A stretch of DNA of 64,000 bases from Minisyncoccota bacterium (GTDB lineage Bacteria; Patescibacteriota; Minisyncoccia; UBA6257; 1-14-0-10-44-23). The DNA lies in the NCBI GenBank assembly GCA_041389085.1, contig JAWKSL010000001.1, positions 34,921 to 98,920 of the forward strand, read 5' to 3'. The notes below the pieces were generated by a model. The model saw only the letters and a program-made list of their open reading frames with translations. It ran no database searches and was not told the DNA's origin. This document shows positions 29,558 to 37,346 of the stretch, piece after piece. How positions within the stretch are numbered: position 1 is the first letter of the stretch; each line of letters begins with the position of its first letter. A program made the translations under genes and the position numbers.

Positions 29558-29591
29558 TTTACTTTGTCATATTATACAGGAGCGAGCGCTT

Positions 29592-29627
29592 AAAAATCTA
29601 GGTTGATTCTCACTTGTCATTTTGCCT
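29592..29627 (+). promoter_or_regulatory. Promoter TTGATT-18-TATAAT upstream of tRNA-Gln
   Basis: Read directly. Confidence 0.45.
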
Positions 29628-29659
29628 TATAATCATTAGAATATACCCTGTCCGTATAG

Positions 29660-29733
29660 TGCCCGGTGGTGTAATGGCAGCACGTCTGGTTTTGGTCCAG
29701 GAGATTGGGGTTCGATTCCCTGCCGGGCAACCG
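29660..29733 (+). tRNA. tRNA-Gln (anticodon UUG)
   Basis: Cloverleaf folded by hand: acceptor tgcccgg/ccgggca, U8, D-arm gtgt/gcac with GG, anticodon stem tctgg/ccagg with loop ttTTGgt, T-arm tgggg-ttcgatt-ccctg, discriminator A. Confidence 0.8.
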
Positions 29734-29735
29734 CT

Positions 29736-30149
29736 ATGAAAAACAGTCGCGAAGATTTGGTTCGTAAGCTTCATGAAGCATTTTCTCTGCCTGTAGGAGA
29801 AGAGCCGAGTGCTTCTCTTTTAGAGCTTCGTATCCGCCTTATTCATGAAGAGGCTCAAGAGCTCTTTAAAGAGATGAATGAAGCTGTCGCTCTTATATCT
29901 TCTGGAAAGGAAGTACCGAAAGAGCTTTACGCTAACATGCTTAAAGAACTTGCTGATCTGCAATATGTACTTTCTGGAACTGCAGTTTCCCTTTTTCCAC
30001 TTTCCAATCTTCAAGAGGCATTTGAAAGGGTGTATGAGTCAAACATGAGCAAGCTTGATGAGAATGGGAAACCGATCATGCGAGAAGATGGAAAATTTTT
30101 AAAGAGCGATAGATATTTTGCTCCCAACTTGAACGACTTGATTGAGTAA
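29736..30149 (+). CDS. MazG-like all-alpha nucleoside triphosphate pyrophosphohydrolase (low confidence)
   Basis: EExxE-type acidic helices (IHEEAQELFKEM ... ELADLQYVL), about 137 aa. Starts 2 nt after the tRNA. Confidence 0.45.
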   Translation: MKNSREDLVRKLHEAFSLPVGEEPSASLLELRIRLIHEEAQELFKEMNEAVALISSGKEVPKELYANMLKELADLQYVLSGTAVSLFPLSNLQEAFERVYESNMSKLDENGKPIMREDGKFLKSDRYFAPNLNDLIE

Positions 30150-30153
30150 GAGC

Positions 30154-31152
30154 TTACTGCGGTAAAAAATCGAGAGTGAATATATCCTCGACTTCAAGCT
30201 CATCTTTGACCACTCCTCTTTGCTTCATTACCTGATAGAAGCGCTGCCAGCTCTCTTTTGTCATTTTCCCAATTGCAAAGTCTTCTGACGGCTTAATAAG
30301 TGGCTCGCTTTGTTTAAGAATATATGCCTGATAGTCTCTATCTTTGTAATCTTCATGGGTTACGTAGCCAAGCACTATGTCGAGAGCTTCGTCTTGATGT
30401 GCGAACGCATATTCCCATCCTTCAATGCTTGCTGCAATAAAACGCTTTATCATTTCCGGCCTCTTCTCGACTGTATCGCGGCGCGCCACCAAAACGTCGT
30501 TATAAAACGCTGCACCGTACTGCTCAGGATAAATTATGTTGTAGTTACTATCTTCTTGTTCGAGCTGGTAGAGTCGCGTTCGATAAAAACCGATTACATC
30601 TACTGTACCGCTCTTTAAATCCTGGTATTCTAAGCCCTCGAGTGGTAGATATTTTATTGTTACATCTTCTAGTGATAGCCCTGCTGCTTCGAGTAGTAAG
30701 CCAAGAATTGGCTCTCCCTCTGCTCCGCTACCACCCTTTACACCAAGAACTTTTCCTTTGAGCTGTCGAGGCGACGTTATTCCTGATTCTTCAAGGGAGG
30801 CTACTATATATGGAGAGTTTTGATAAAAAGCTGCAACTGCGACAAGATCTTCTCCTTCGGCAATGTGTTGTAGATATTCATTTGCACTCATTAAGCCTAG
30901 ATCTGTTTTCTTTGCCTTTAAGTCTTTTAAAACTGATCCGCCAAACTCAAACTCTTTAAAATCTACATTAATTCCATTCGTTTGATAGAAGCCTTTGTCC
31001 TTTGCGGTAAAGTACCCGGCAAACTGCGCTTGATTGACCCACTTTAGACCAAAGGTTATATTTTGATCGTTCTCTAAGGTTTTACCTCCAAGTATGGCTA
31101 ATACAGTAATGCTTACTGCAACTATAAATACTGCCAGAAATACCTTTTTCAT
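30154..31152 (-). CDS. ABC-transporter substrate-binding protein, NMT1/THI5 (SsuA/ThiY-like) family
   Basis: Signal/TM anchor and periplasmic-binding-protein type II pattern. Family-level inference. Confidence 0.55.
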   Translation of the reverse strand: MKKVFLAVFIVAVSITVLAILGGKTLENDQNITFGLKWVNQAQFAGYFTAKDKGFYQTNGINVDFKEFEFGGSVLKDLKAKKTDLGLMSANEYLQHIAEGEDLVAVAAFYQNSPYIVASLEESGITSPRQLKGKVLGVKGGSGAEGEPILGLLLEAAGLSLEDVTIKYLPLEGLEYQDLKSGTVDVIGFYRTRLYQLEQEDSNYNIIYPEQYGAAFYNDVLVARRDTVEKRPEMIKRFIAASIEGWEYAFAHQDEALDIVLGYVTHEDYKDRDYQAYILKQSEPLIKPSEDFAIGKMTKESWQRFYQVMKQRGVVKDELEVEDIFTLDFLPQ

Positions 31153-31206
31153 TCTTTTGATAATTATACACGCTGTGAAAAAACCGCGCGGTGCGCGGTT
31201 TTTCTT

Positions 31207-31437
31207 TTACAGCAAAGCTTCAATTTTATCTTTATCAAATCCTACTGTTGCTTGCCCATCTATTTCGATTACTGGTACTCCGAGCTGACCGGTTTTTTCA
31301 ACCATCTCTTTTCTTTTATCCATATCTGCTGCTACGTCGTACTCGGTGTACTCAATTCCTTTTTCTTGGAAGAACTCTTTTGCCATGTGGCAGAAGTGAC
31401 ACGTTGGCGTAGAGTAAATGACTACTTTTTTACTCAT
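31207..31437 (-). CDS. Glutaredoxin-like protein (CHFC active site)
   Basis: 76 aa, VVIYSTPTCHFCHMAKEF.., thioredoxin fold. Confidence 0.8.
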   Translation of the reverse strand: MSKKVVIYSTPTCHFCHMAKEFFQEKGIEYTEYDVAADMDKRKEMVEKTGQLGVPVIEIDGQATVGFDKDKIEALL

Positions 31438-31487
31438 ATGTTTTAAGATGAATTTATATTGGTGTTTTATTGTAGCAAACTTTTAGT

Positions 31488-32240
31488 TTATTTTGCATTA
31501 CTTATACCAAGAGCTTTTAACAGCTCTGCAACTTCTGGCTTTGTAAGTTTTTTTAGCTCGCCAGACTTCATATCGGTAGCTCTAAATCCCAAAATTGCAG
31601 TACGGGAAAGGTCTTCTACTTCGTAGCCGAATATTGCGCACATTCTTCTAATTTGATGGTGCTTGCCTTCGGTAATCGAAATGCTAAATGCTTTTGGCCC
31701 TAGCTTTTTAACTTTTGCTGGCTTTGTTTTATAGCCATCTTCGAGTGTTACACCCTCTTCCAAGTGCATTAGAAATCCTGGACGAAGAATTTTATTTACT
31801 TTTACCTTATATTCTTTCGCGTGGTTAAACTCTGGGCTGAGGAGCTTCTTGGTAATGCGCCCATCGTTACTGAGCAAAACAAGCCCTGTCGAAAGCTTGT
31901 CGAGCCTACCGATTGGAACCACGCCTTTTTCTAGAGAAACAATGTCGCGTATTTCCTTGTCGCTTCCTTGCGCGTTTACCGTTACGATACCCTTTGGTTT
32001 AAAAAAGAGTAAATAGGCTCTTTCTTTCTCAAAGCCCTTTTTCGCCTCTCTTTTTAAAGAAACCTCATCGCCTTTTTCTACTTTTTGACCAAGCTCGGCT
32101 CTTTTCCCGTTTATTAAAACGGCGCCGCGAGCGATAAGCCTGTCGGCCTCTTTCCGCGAGCACATTCCTTCGTTCGCTAGATATTTATTTATTCGAATAG
32201 GGAAGTCCATTTTTATTTTTTGAAAAATGATAGTATCCAC
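31488..32240 (-). CDS. rRNA pseudouridine synthase (RsuA/RluB family) with N-terminal S4 domain
   Basis: S4 motif INKYLANEGMCSRKEADRLI and catalytic GRLDKLSTGLVLLSNDG. Confidence 0.85.
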   Translation of the reverse strand: MDTIIFQKIKMDFPIRINKYLANEGMCSRKEADRLIARGAVLINGKRAELGQKVEKGDEVSLKREAKKGFEKERAYLLFFKPKGIVTVNAQGSDKEIRDIVSLEKGVVPIGRLDKLSTGLVLLSNDGRITKKLLSPEFNHAKEYKVKVNKILRPGFLMHLEEGVTLEDGYKTKPAKVKKLGPKAFSISITEGKHHQIRRMCAIFGYEVEDLSRTAILGFRATDMKSGELKKLTKPEVAELLKALGISNAK

Positions 32241-33121
32241 GCGAAAAATCTTTGAAACACATTTTGCTCTGGCTGGCTTGGACTCAGAACCTCACTTTCT
32301 TCGCTGCTACTTGCCGCTTCTGCGCTTGGCTCGTTTGTAGTCGTGCTTACTTCAGTGCTGGTTGAATATATGCCTTGTTCGTATGTCGCAATTCCCTCTT
32401 TGTTAAAGGTGAGGCGATAGCTTACTTGAGCACTTCCACCAAACGGGAAAAATTTTTGTGGATCTATACCCTCTTGGTGATGCACTGCGCTAAAGAGTTT
32501 AATTTCTTGAACTATTTTGTTTGCTGGTTGGACCGACTGGGTTGGTACAAGTTCGTAGTCTTTTTCGCGCAGTGAAAATAGTGCTTTTGTCTTACAGCTA
32601 TACCCACTACACTCCATCGGTTCTGACGCTCCAACTTTTATGTTTTCTCCTTTGAACGAGTAGTTATTAAAGCTATCTGATATAAAAGCATACTTTGCCA
32701 CTCCATCTTCGTTAAAGATTCCGGTAAAGCGATAGTCGCAGACTTCAAGCGGTGGCGCTTTTATAACCGCGTCTTCCTTTTCAAGGACGATACCGTTTGC
32801 CATATCGGCAGGAATTTTAATAGTAAACGCATCCCAGTCTGCATCCTCGTCTACTTTTTCAAAAGCATCAAGGTCGTTTGCTTGGTAGGCCTCGATGAGC
32901 GCTTGATAACTGTCGATATCGAAGTGTACTGTCGCTGCTGAGTCAAAGGTGTATACCCACTTAAGGTCGAGAATGTAGTCGCCGTTGTCTTGTATGCGAA
33001 TGTCTTCCACGGTACCAAGCAGTGGATAAGTCTTTATGCATGAAAGAGCCTGGGTGCTTGGAAGTACGTACACTCCAATCGCAAGAAGGAGCGTGAGAGC
33101 ACTGATTTGTATAAGCCTCAT
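32213..33121 (-). CDS. Secreted Cys-containing hypothetical protein with Ser/Glu-rich tail
   Basis: Signal peptide. No known motif. Confidence 0.45.
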   Translation of the reverse strand: MRLIQISALTLLLAIGVYVLPSTQALSCIKTYPLLGTVEDIRIQDNGDYILDLKWVYTFDSAATVHFDIDSYQALIEAYQANDLDAFEKVDEDADWDAFTIKIPADMANGIVLEKEDAVIKAPPLEVCDYRFTGIFNEDGVAKYAFISDSFNNYSFKGENIKVGASEPMECSGYSCKTKALFSLREKDYELVPTQSVQPANKIVQEIKLFSAVHHQEGIDPQKFFPFGGSAQVSYRLTFNKEGIATYEQGIYSTSTEVSTTTNEPSAEAASSSEESEVLSPSQPEQNVFQRFFAWILSFFKK

Positions 33122-33200
33122 ATTGCCTTGGAGTATAGCGCACTTGTGCTTTCGTCTCCATTGGCATTTTTTCCTTAGGACAGGTAGAATTTAAGGCACT

Positions 33201-33965
33201 ATGGAAAACAACACACTTTCGAAAAAGCAACAAAAACGCCTTGCGCGTGCTGCTAAAAAGCAGGCTCAAATGCAAAATCAGAAGACTGGCCGTGCAGTTA
33301 AAAGCACTGCTACTTGGGCAATTACCCTCCTTGTAATAGTAGGAATTGTATACGGACTTGTGCTCCTCGTACGCAATTCTTCAACAAATGAACTTATCGG
33401 AGTAGATACCGATCTTTCAATTGAAAGCACTGATTGGACGATTGGAGAGGCTGAGGCTCCTGTACAGCTGATCGAGTTTTCAGATTTCCAGTGCCCAGCA
33501 TGTGCGGCATACCACAGCGTGGTTAAGCAGGTGATTAGTGAATACCCAAGTGATGTACTTTTTGCCTACCGCCACTACCCTCTTAGCCAGATTCACCCAC
33601 ACGCGGAACTTGCTGGTCGCGCTGCGGAAGCTGCTGGAATCCAGGGTAAGTTCTGGGAAATGCACGATAAGCTTTTTGAGACTCAGGCAAGCTGGTCTGC
33701 TCGCGCAAGCGTAAAAGACCTCTTTGTCGAGTTTGCTAGTGAACTTGGCCTGGACGTTACCCGCTTTGAAGCCGACATTGATAGCGATGAGGTGAAGGAC
33801 GCTGTAGAAGGCGAAGCTCTTCAGGCTCGTGCGCTCAACCTTCCTGGAACCCCAAGCTTTATCGTGAACGGAGTATACGTTCAGAACCCACCAAGCATTG
33901 ATGCGTTTCGCGCAATAATAGAAGATGCAATTGCAAATGCAGGAGCAGACACCACAACTGAGTAA
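33201..33965 (+). CDS. Membrane-anchored DsbA/BdbD-like thiol:disulfide oxidoreductase
   Basis: N-terminal TM, thioredoxin fold with FSDFQCPACAAYH (CPAC active site). Confidence 0.8.
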   Translation: MENNTLSKKQQKRLARAAKKQAQMQNQKTGRAVKSTATWAITLLVIVGIVYGLVLLVRNSSTNELIGVDTDLSIESTDWTIGEAEAPVQLIEFSDFQCPACAAYHSVVKQVISEYPSDVLFAYRHYPLSQIHPHAELAGRAAEAAGIQGKFWEMHDKLFETQASWSARASVKDLFVEFASELGLDVTRFEADIDSDEVKDAVEGEALQARALNLPGTPSFIVNGVYVQNPPSIDAFRAIIEDAIANAGADTTTE

Positions 33966-34389
33966 GAAGCTCGTACTCCTTTTTGGGCTCTTCGCCTTTA
34001 TTGGATTTCTCGATGCGGCGTATCTTACGGTAGTTCACTTCTCAGACATACCACTTCTTTGTGGTGCGAATAGTGGCTGCGAAACAGTAACTACAAGCGT
34101 ATACTCCGCTATCGCTGGCATTCCTGTAGCTCTTCTTGGAGCGCTCTACTATATTGGACTTCTTTTCCTTACTATCTTTTATCTTGATAGAAAGAACTCA
34201 ACCGTTATGCATCTTGCACTTCGCTTGAGCGCTATCGGGCTTGTCGCTTCACTATACTTTGTTGGCCTGCAGCTTTTTGTGCTCAAAGCGCTCTGCATCT
34301 ACTGCATGGCAAGCGCCATAAGCTCGACTACACTGTTTGTGATTGGGCTCTTCGGTAGACGCGCTGCTCTTAAAACTGTTGTACAATAA
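33925..34389 (+). CDS. Vitamin K epoxide reductase (VKOR)/DsbB-like membrane protein
   Basis: 4-TM protein with CGANSGC loop cysteines and a CIYC active site. Overlaps the dsbA end (coupled pair). Confidence 0.7.
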   Translation: MQLQMQEQTPQLSKKLVLLFGLFAFIGFLDAAYLTVVHFSDIPLLCGANSGCETVTTSVYSAIAGIPVALLGALYYIGLLFLTIFYLDRKNSTVMHLALRLSAIGLVASLYFVGLQLFVLKALCIYCMASAISSTTLFVIGLFGRRAALKTVVQ

Positions 34390-34447
34390 AGACATGAAAA
34401 AATTTGGCGACAACATGGGCCTTTTTGCAGACTACTGCATCTAGGCA

Positions 34448-34478
34448 CTAAAAAGCGCCCCTTGCGGGGCGCTTTTAT
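34448..34478. terminator. Bidirectional rho-independent terminator aaaagcgccccttgcggggcgcttttatttt
   Basis: GC hairpin flanked by A-run and T-run, between convergent genes. Confidence 0.8.
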
Positions 34479-34535
34479 TTTCAATACTCATTAAACACTT
34501 TTGAGTTCTACTCTACGGCTAGCTTCGAATTTCTA

Positions 34536-34636
34536 CCCCGCATGCTTACGCGTGCTTGCAGTAGAGCCAACGAATCAAGTTCGGGCTCACTGCAGGGCAG
34601 GACTCTTTCACTCTATCCTGGATTCCCAAAGATAAG
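34536..34636. repeat. Structured hairpin element copy 2 in the 3' region of the adhesin gene
   Basis: Stem tgcagtagagcc/ggctcactgca, loop AACGAATCAAGTTCG, tail GGGCAGGACTCTTTCACTCTA shared with copy 3. Confidence 0.5.
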
Positions 34637-34657
34637 ATTAAGAGTGGTTTGAAGTTT

Positions 34658-36112
34658 CTAGCTTCTTATCTCTACTGGGCCGTGAGTTGATACATGCGTA
34701 GTCTTTCTACCGCTTAGCAAGAGGTATACGAGCAACGCAATGATTATCAGGATAAGGAACCATGGGCTGAAGATGAGGTACCCAAGTGCAGAGAATGCAC
34801 TTGCGAATGCCACATCGTTTCGAACACCAGTTTCAATAACGGTAGTGTTTGTTCCAAGCACTCCATTAGTGATGATTCCTTCTGGGAGTTGCACGAATGC
34901 AAGCTCTCCGGTGGTATCAGTCTGCTTACCTGCTACGGCGTGAGCCTTTAGGTAGTAGGTAGTGTTCATTGGAAGACGACCAAGGTTCACTTGGTGGTAG
35001 GTGGTTGTTCCACCTGCGCTTCGAACGAACTCGTAGGCTGATAGTCCTTGCTCCTCATCGTCAACGTGTGAGCTGAGCGAGTAATATACGCTTCCTTGTG
35101 CTGGAATGGTGGTTTGGAAGCTTACGATTACGTTGAGGTTTGCATCGTTTTCAACCCGAAGGTCGAAGATGTCCAAGTCTGCTACTGCAGGCTCAACTAC
35201 TACTGTAGGGCCTGGTACGTAGATGATTTGGCGCCCCTGTACGTATACAGAGAAGCTCTGAGTGGTAAATGCCTTTCCATCAAACGCCTGTACGGTTACC
35301 GCGTGTGATGTGTTTGCAAGACCACCTGCAGCAGTCCAACTGATAAATCCAGTACTTGGATTAATAGTCATTCCTGCTGGAGCTTGAACAAGCGCGAACA
35401 CTACAACATCGCCGTCTGCATCAAATGCGTTTACGTCGTAGCTGTATGAAGTTCCTGCTTGAACAAGAGTAACTGGGCTAGAGATGATTTGAGGAGCACG
35501 GTTGCCTGTGCTTGGGTTGTCGTTTCCTTCGCCAACGCGCACCGTTGAACAGCGGTCGCTGTCGCGGTTTCCGTTTGCATCGGTAACTTCTACCTCTACA
35601 TCATACTCACCAGTTCGGTTGAAACGAACTGACTCTTCGTCGTCGTTTCCACTAATGTCTCCATCCCAATCGATGTCGTATGGAGCTCTTCCGCCACTAA
35701 TCTTTACCTCAAAGTCCACACGGTCTCCTGCCTCGATACGAGTATCAGAAACCTCACAGCGAACTGAAAGATTGTTTGTTGGTGGTGGGGTGGTTGGAGT
35801 ACCACATGAAACACATGTGTTGTTGGTGTTTGTCCAACCTGAGTTTGTGTTTGTGTTACTTACTACACCTCCTCCCTGCTCAGCATTGATCGTTGGATCA
35901 TAGCTGTTTGGGTTGTTTGCATTCCAGTCTGTGTGACAAGCTGGATCTTGGCTATCGATAAGACCGTTTTGGTTGTTATCGTAGTTATCAGAACACTGGG
36001 TGAAGCCAGCGGCAGTTCCGACCAAAAGTGCTGTACCTGAAAGAGACACTATTGTTACAAGCATCACAATCAGGACAGTCATTGCCTTTCCTATTGATTT
36101 TCGGTTTTTCAT
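34658..36112 (-). CDS. Multi-domain surface adhesin-like protein (signal peptide, Cys-bracketed acidic motif, PKD-like, Ig/cadherin-like, FN3-like, C-terminal TM anchor)
   Basis: RVDFEVKISGG..YDVEVEVTDANGN (PKD-like), APQIISSPV..FDADGD (He_PIG-like), FN3-like YYLKAH segment, C-terminal TM. Paralog of 37347..38810. Confidence 0.6.
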   Translation of the reverse strand: MKNRKSIGKAMTVLIVMLVTIVSLSGTALLVGTAAGFTQCSDNYDNNQNGLIDSQDPACHTDWNANNPNSYDPTINAEQGGGVVSNTNTNSGWTNTNNTCVSCGTPTTPPPTNNLSVRCEVSDTRIEAGDRVDFEVKISGGRAPYDIDWDGDISGNDDEESVRFNRTGEYDVEVEVTDANGNRDSDRCSTVRVGEGNDNPSTGNRAPQIISSPVTLVQAGTSYSYDVNAFDADGDVVVFALVQAPAGMTINPSTGFISWTAAGGLANTSHAVTVQAFDGKAFTTQSFSVYVQGRQIIYVPGPTVVVEPAVADLDIFDLRVENDANLNVIVSFQTTIPAQGSVYYSLSSHVDDEEQGLSAYEFVRSAGGTTTYHQVNLGRLPMNTTYYLKAHAVAGKQTDTTGELAFVQLPEGIITNGVLGTNTTVIETGVRNDVAFASAFSALGYLIFSPWFLILIIIALLVYLLLSGRKTTHVSTHGPVEIRS

Positions 36113-36246
36113 GATTTGTTGATAAAAAATCAGCCTTCCTATGGAGCTGAATGTATAAATATTGTAATAGCCACTTCTGGCTTCTGGCCTTGTTTTATCA
36201 GAAAAAGCGCCCTTTTGTCAATGATTTGCCCTATAAAAAGTTTTGA

Positions 36247-36276
36247 GGCGCGATACATTGCTGTATCGCGCCTCAG
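36247..36276 (-). terminator. Rho-independent terminator (gaggcgcgatacagcaatgtatcgcgcctc + aaaactttttat) of the GC-rich gene
   Basis: Hairpin plus U-run on the minus strand. Confidence 0.75.
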
Positions 36277-36289
36277 CGTCTTGGATAGC

Positions 36290-36982
36290 TCACTCGCGCG
36301 GAGCGAGGAACTTGTCCATGGGAACACCCATGCCGTTGAGCGTCAGGCTGTGAGGCCCGACCCCGGCGGCACTGCTCCAGTCGATGGCGAACTTGTCGCC
36401 AGGGCTCACCGTGCCTTCCCAACGAGCCTCATCGCCGTTTGCGAAGTGGATGAGCAGGCGTCCGTGCCTTGGCCCGTAGAGCCAGACCGGCTGCCCGTTC
36501 TGGAAAGCCCAGATCTGGTTGCAGTTCTTGTCCTGCGGGGTGTTGAAGTACCCATTGTCCGGGTAGATCATGCGGTCGATGCCAACCCCTGTGTAGAACC
36601 CTGTCTCCGGATCGCGGATGGCCTGAGGGCCACCGTACATCCAGTTACCACCACCGACGCTGTAGTCGCACCAAGCGTAGCCATCGATGGCGCATTCGGC
36701 GTTGGGCCGGATGCAGACACAGAAGTCTGTAGGCTGGGGCGCGGTAGGCGGAGGCGGCGGGGGCGGCGGGGGCTGAGTGCAGTTACGGCAGGGGCGAGGC
36801 CCGCTGTCGTCGTCGTCCAGATCAAGGAAGTAGCCGCCGACGATGACACCACCGACGAACTCGATGAGCCCGCAGGGGATGCAGCCAAGGGCTGCGAGGA
36901 ATCCGCCAGCACCGCATCCGCCGATGATGACACCGGAGGTGATGAGGACTGCTGCGGTCGCGTTGCGCAAGGCGTTGAGCAT
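36290..36982 (-). CDS. High-GC secreted/membrane-anchored hypothetical protein (230 aa): Gly-rich hydrophobic N-terminus, poly-Pro (P9) linker, Cys-containing C-terminal domain
   Basis: ATG at 36982 preceded by AAAGGAGG. The ORF-track 37120 start is an upstream extension. About 65 % GC versus the 45 % surroundings. Confidence 0.6.
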   Translation of the reverse strand: MLNALRNATAAVLITSGVIIGGCGAGGFLAALGCIPCGLIEFVGGVIVGGYFLDLDDDDSGPRPCRNCTQPPPPPPPPPTAPQPTDFCVCIRPNAECAIDGYAWCDYSVGGGNWMYGGPQAIRDPETGFYTGVGIDRMIYPDNGYFNTPQDKNCNQIWAFQNGQPVWLYGPRHGRLLIHFANGDEARWEGTVSPGDKFAIDWSSAAGVGPHSLTLNGMGVPMDKFLAPRE

Positions 36983-37043
36983 GGTTAGCTCCTCCTTTGG
37001 GCGCCCTGCGCCCAGAAGTTGGGGTGAATTTGAAAGATCTCTC

Positions 37044-37073
37044 ACTAACTCGCAAGAGCTAGTGTTGAGCCAA
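37044..37073 (-). promoter_or_regulatory. Promoter TTGACA-18-TAATAT for the GC-rich gene
   Basis: Read directly on the minus strand. Confidence 0.55.
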
Positions 37074-37111
37074 ATATTAGCATATAAGTTTGTATTTGTC
37101 AATAGATAACT

Positions 37112-37137
37112 AAAAAGCACCCGAAAGGGTGCTTTTT
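37112..37137. terminator. Bidirectional terminator aaaaagcacccgaaagggtgcttttt
   Basis: Read directly. Confidence 0.8.
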
Positions 37138-37225
37138 AGAATCTCGTGTAAGAATGGCTTTTAGCCTGTCTTTATCTCTCGATAAACTCGAGATGAGACG
37201 TCGGCTTTAACCAATCTCAACCCTT

Positions 37226-37325
37226 GCCCCGCCGAAGGCGGGGCTCGCACCAAATCTAACGGTCAAGCCAGAGATTGGTGCGGGGCAGGACTCTTTCACT
37301 CTACCTTTGGATTTCCAATGATAGG
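37226..37325. repeat. Structured hairpin element copy 3
   Basis: ccccgccgaaggcgggg hairpin, stem gcaccaaatct/agattggtgc with loop AACGGTCAAGCCAG, tail GGGGCAGGACTCTTTCACTCTA. Confidence 0.5.
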
Positions 37326-37346
37326 AGCGAAGAGTAACAGGAAGTT

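Noticed and set aside
36290-37120. ORF-track 276-aa version of the GC-rich gene and overlapping GC-rich frames (36116..36988 +, 36568..36933 -, 36822..37055 -)
   Set aside because: The upstream extension runs through the SD (AAAGGAGG at 36985-36992) and promoter, so the real start is ATG 36982. The other frames are antisense or alternate-frame artefacts of GC richness.
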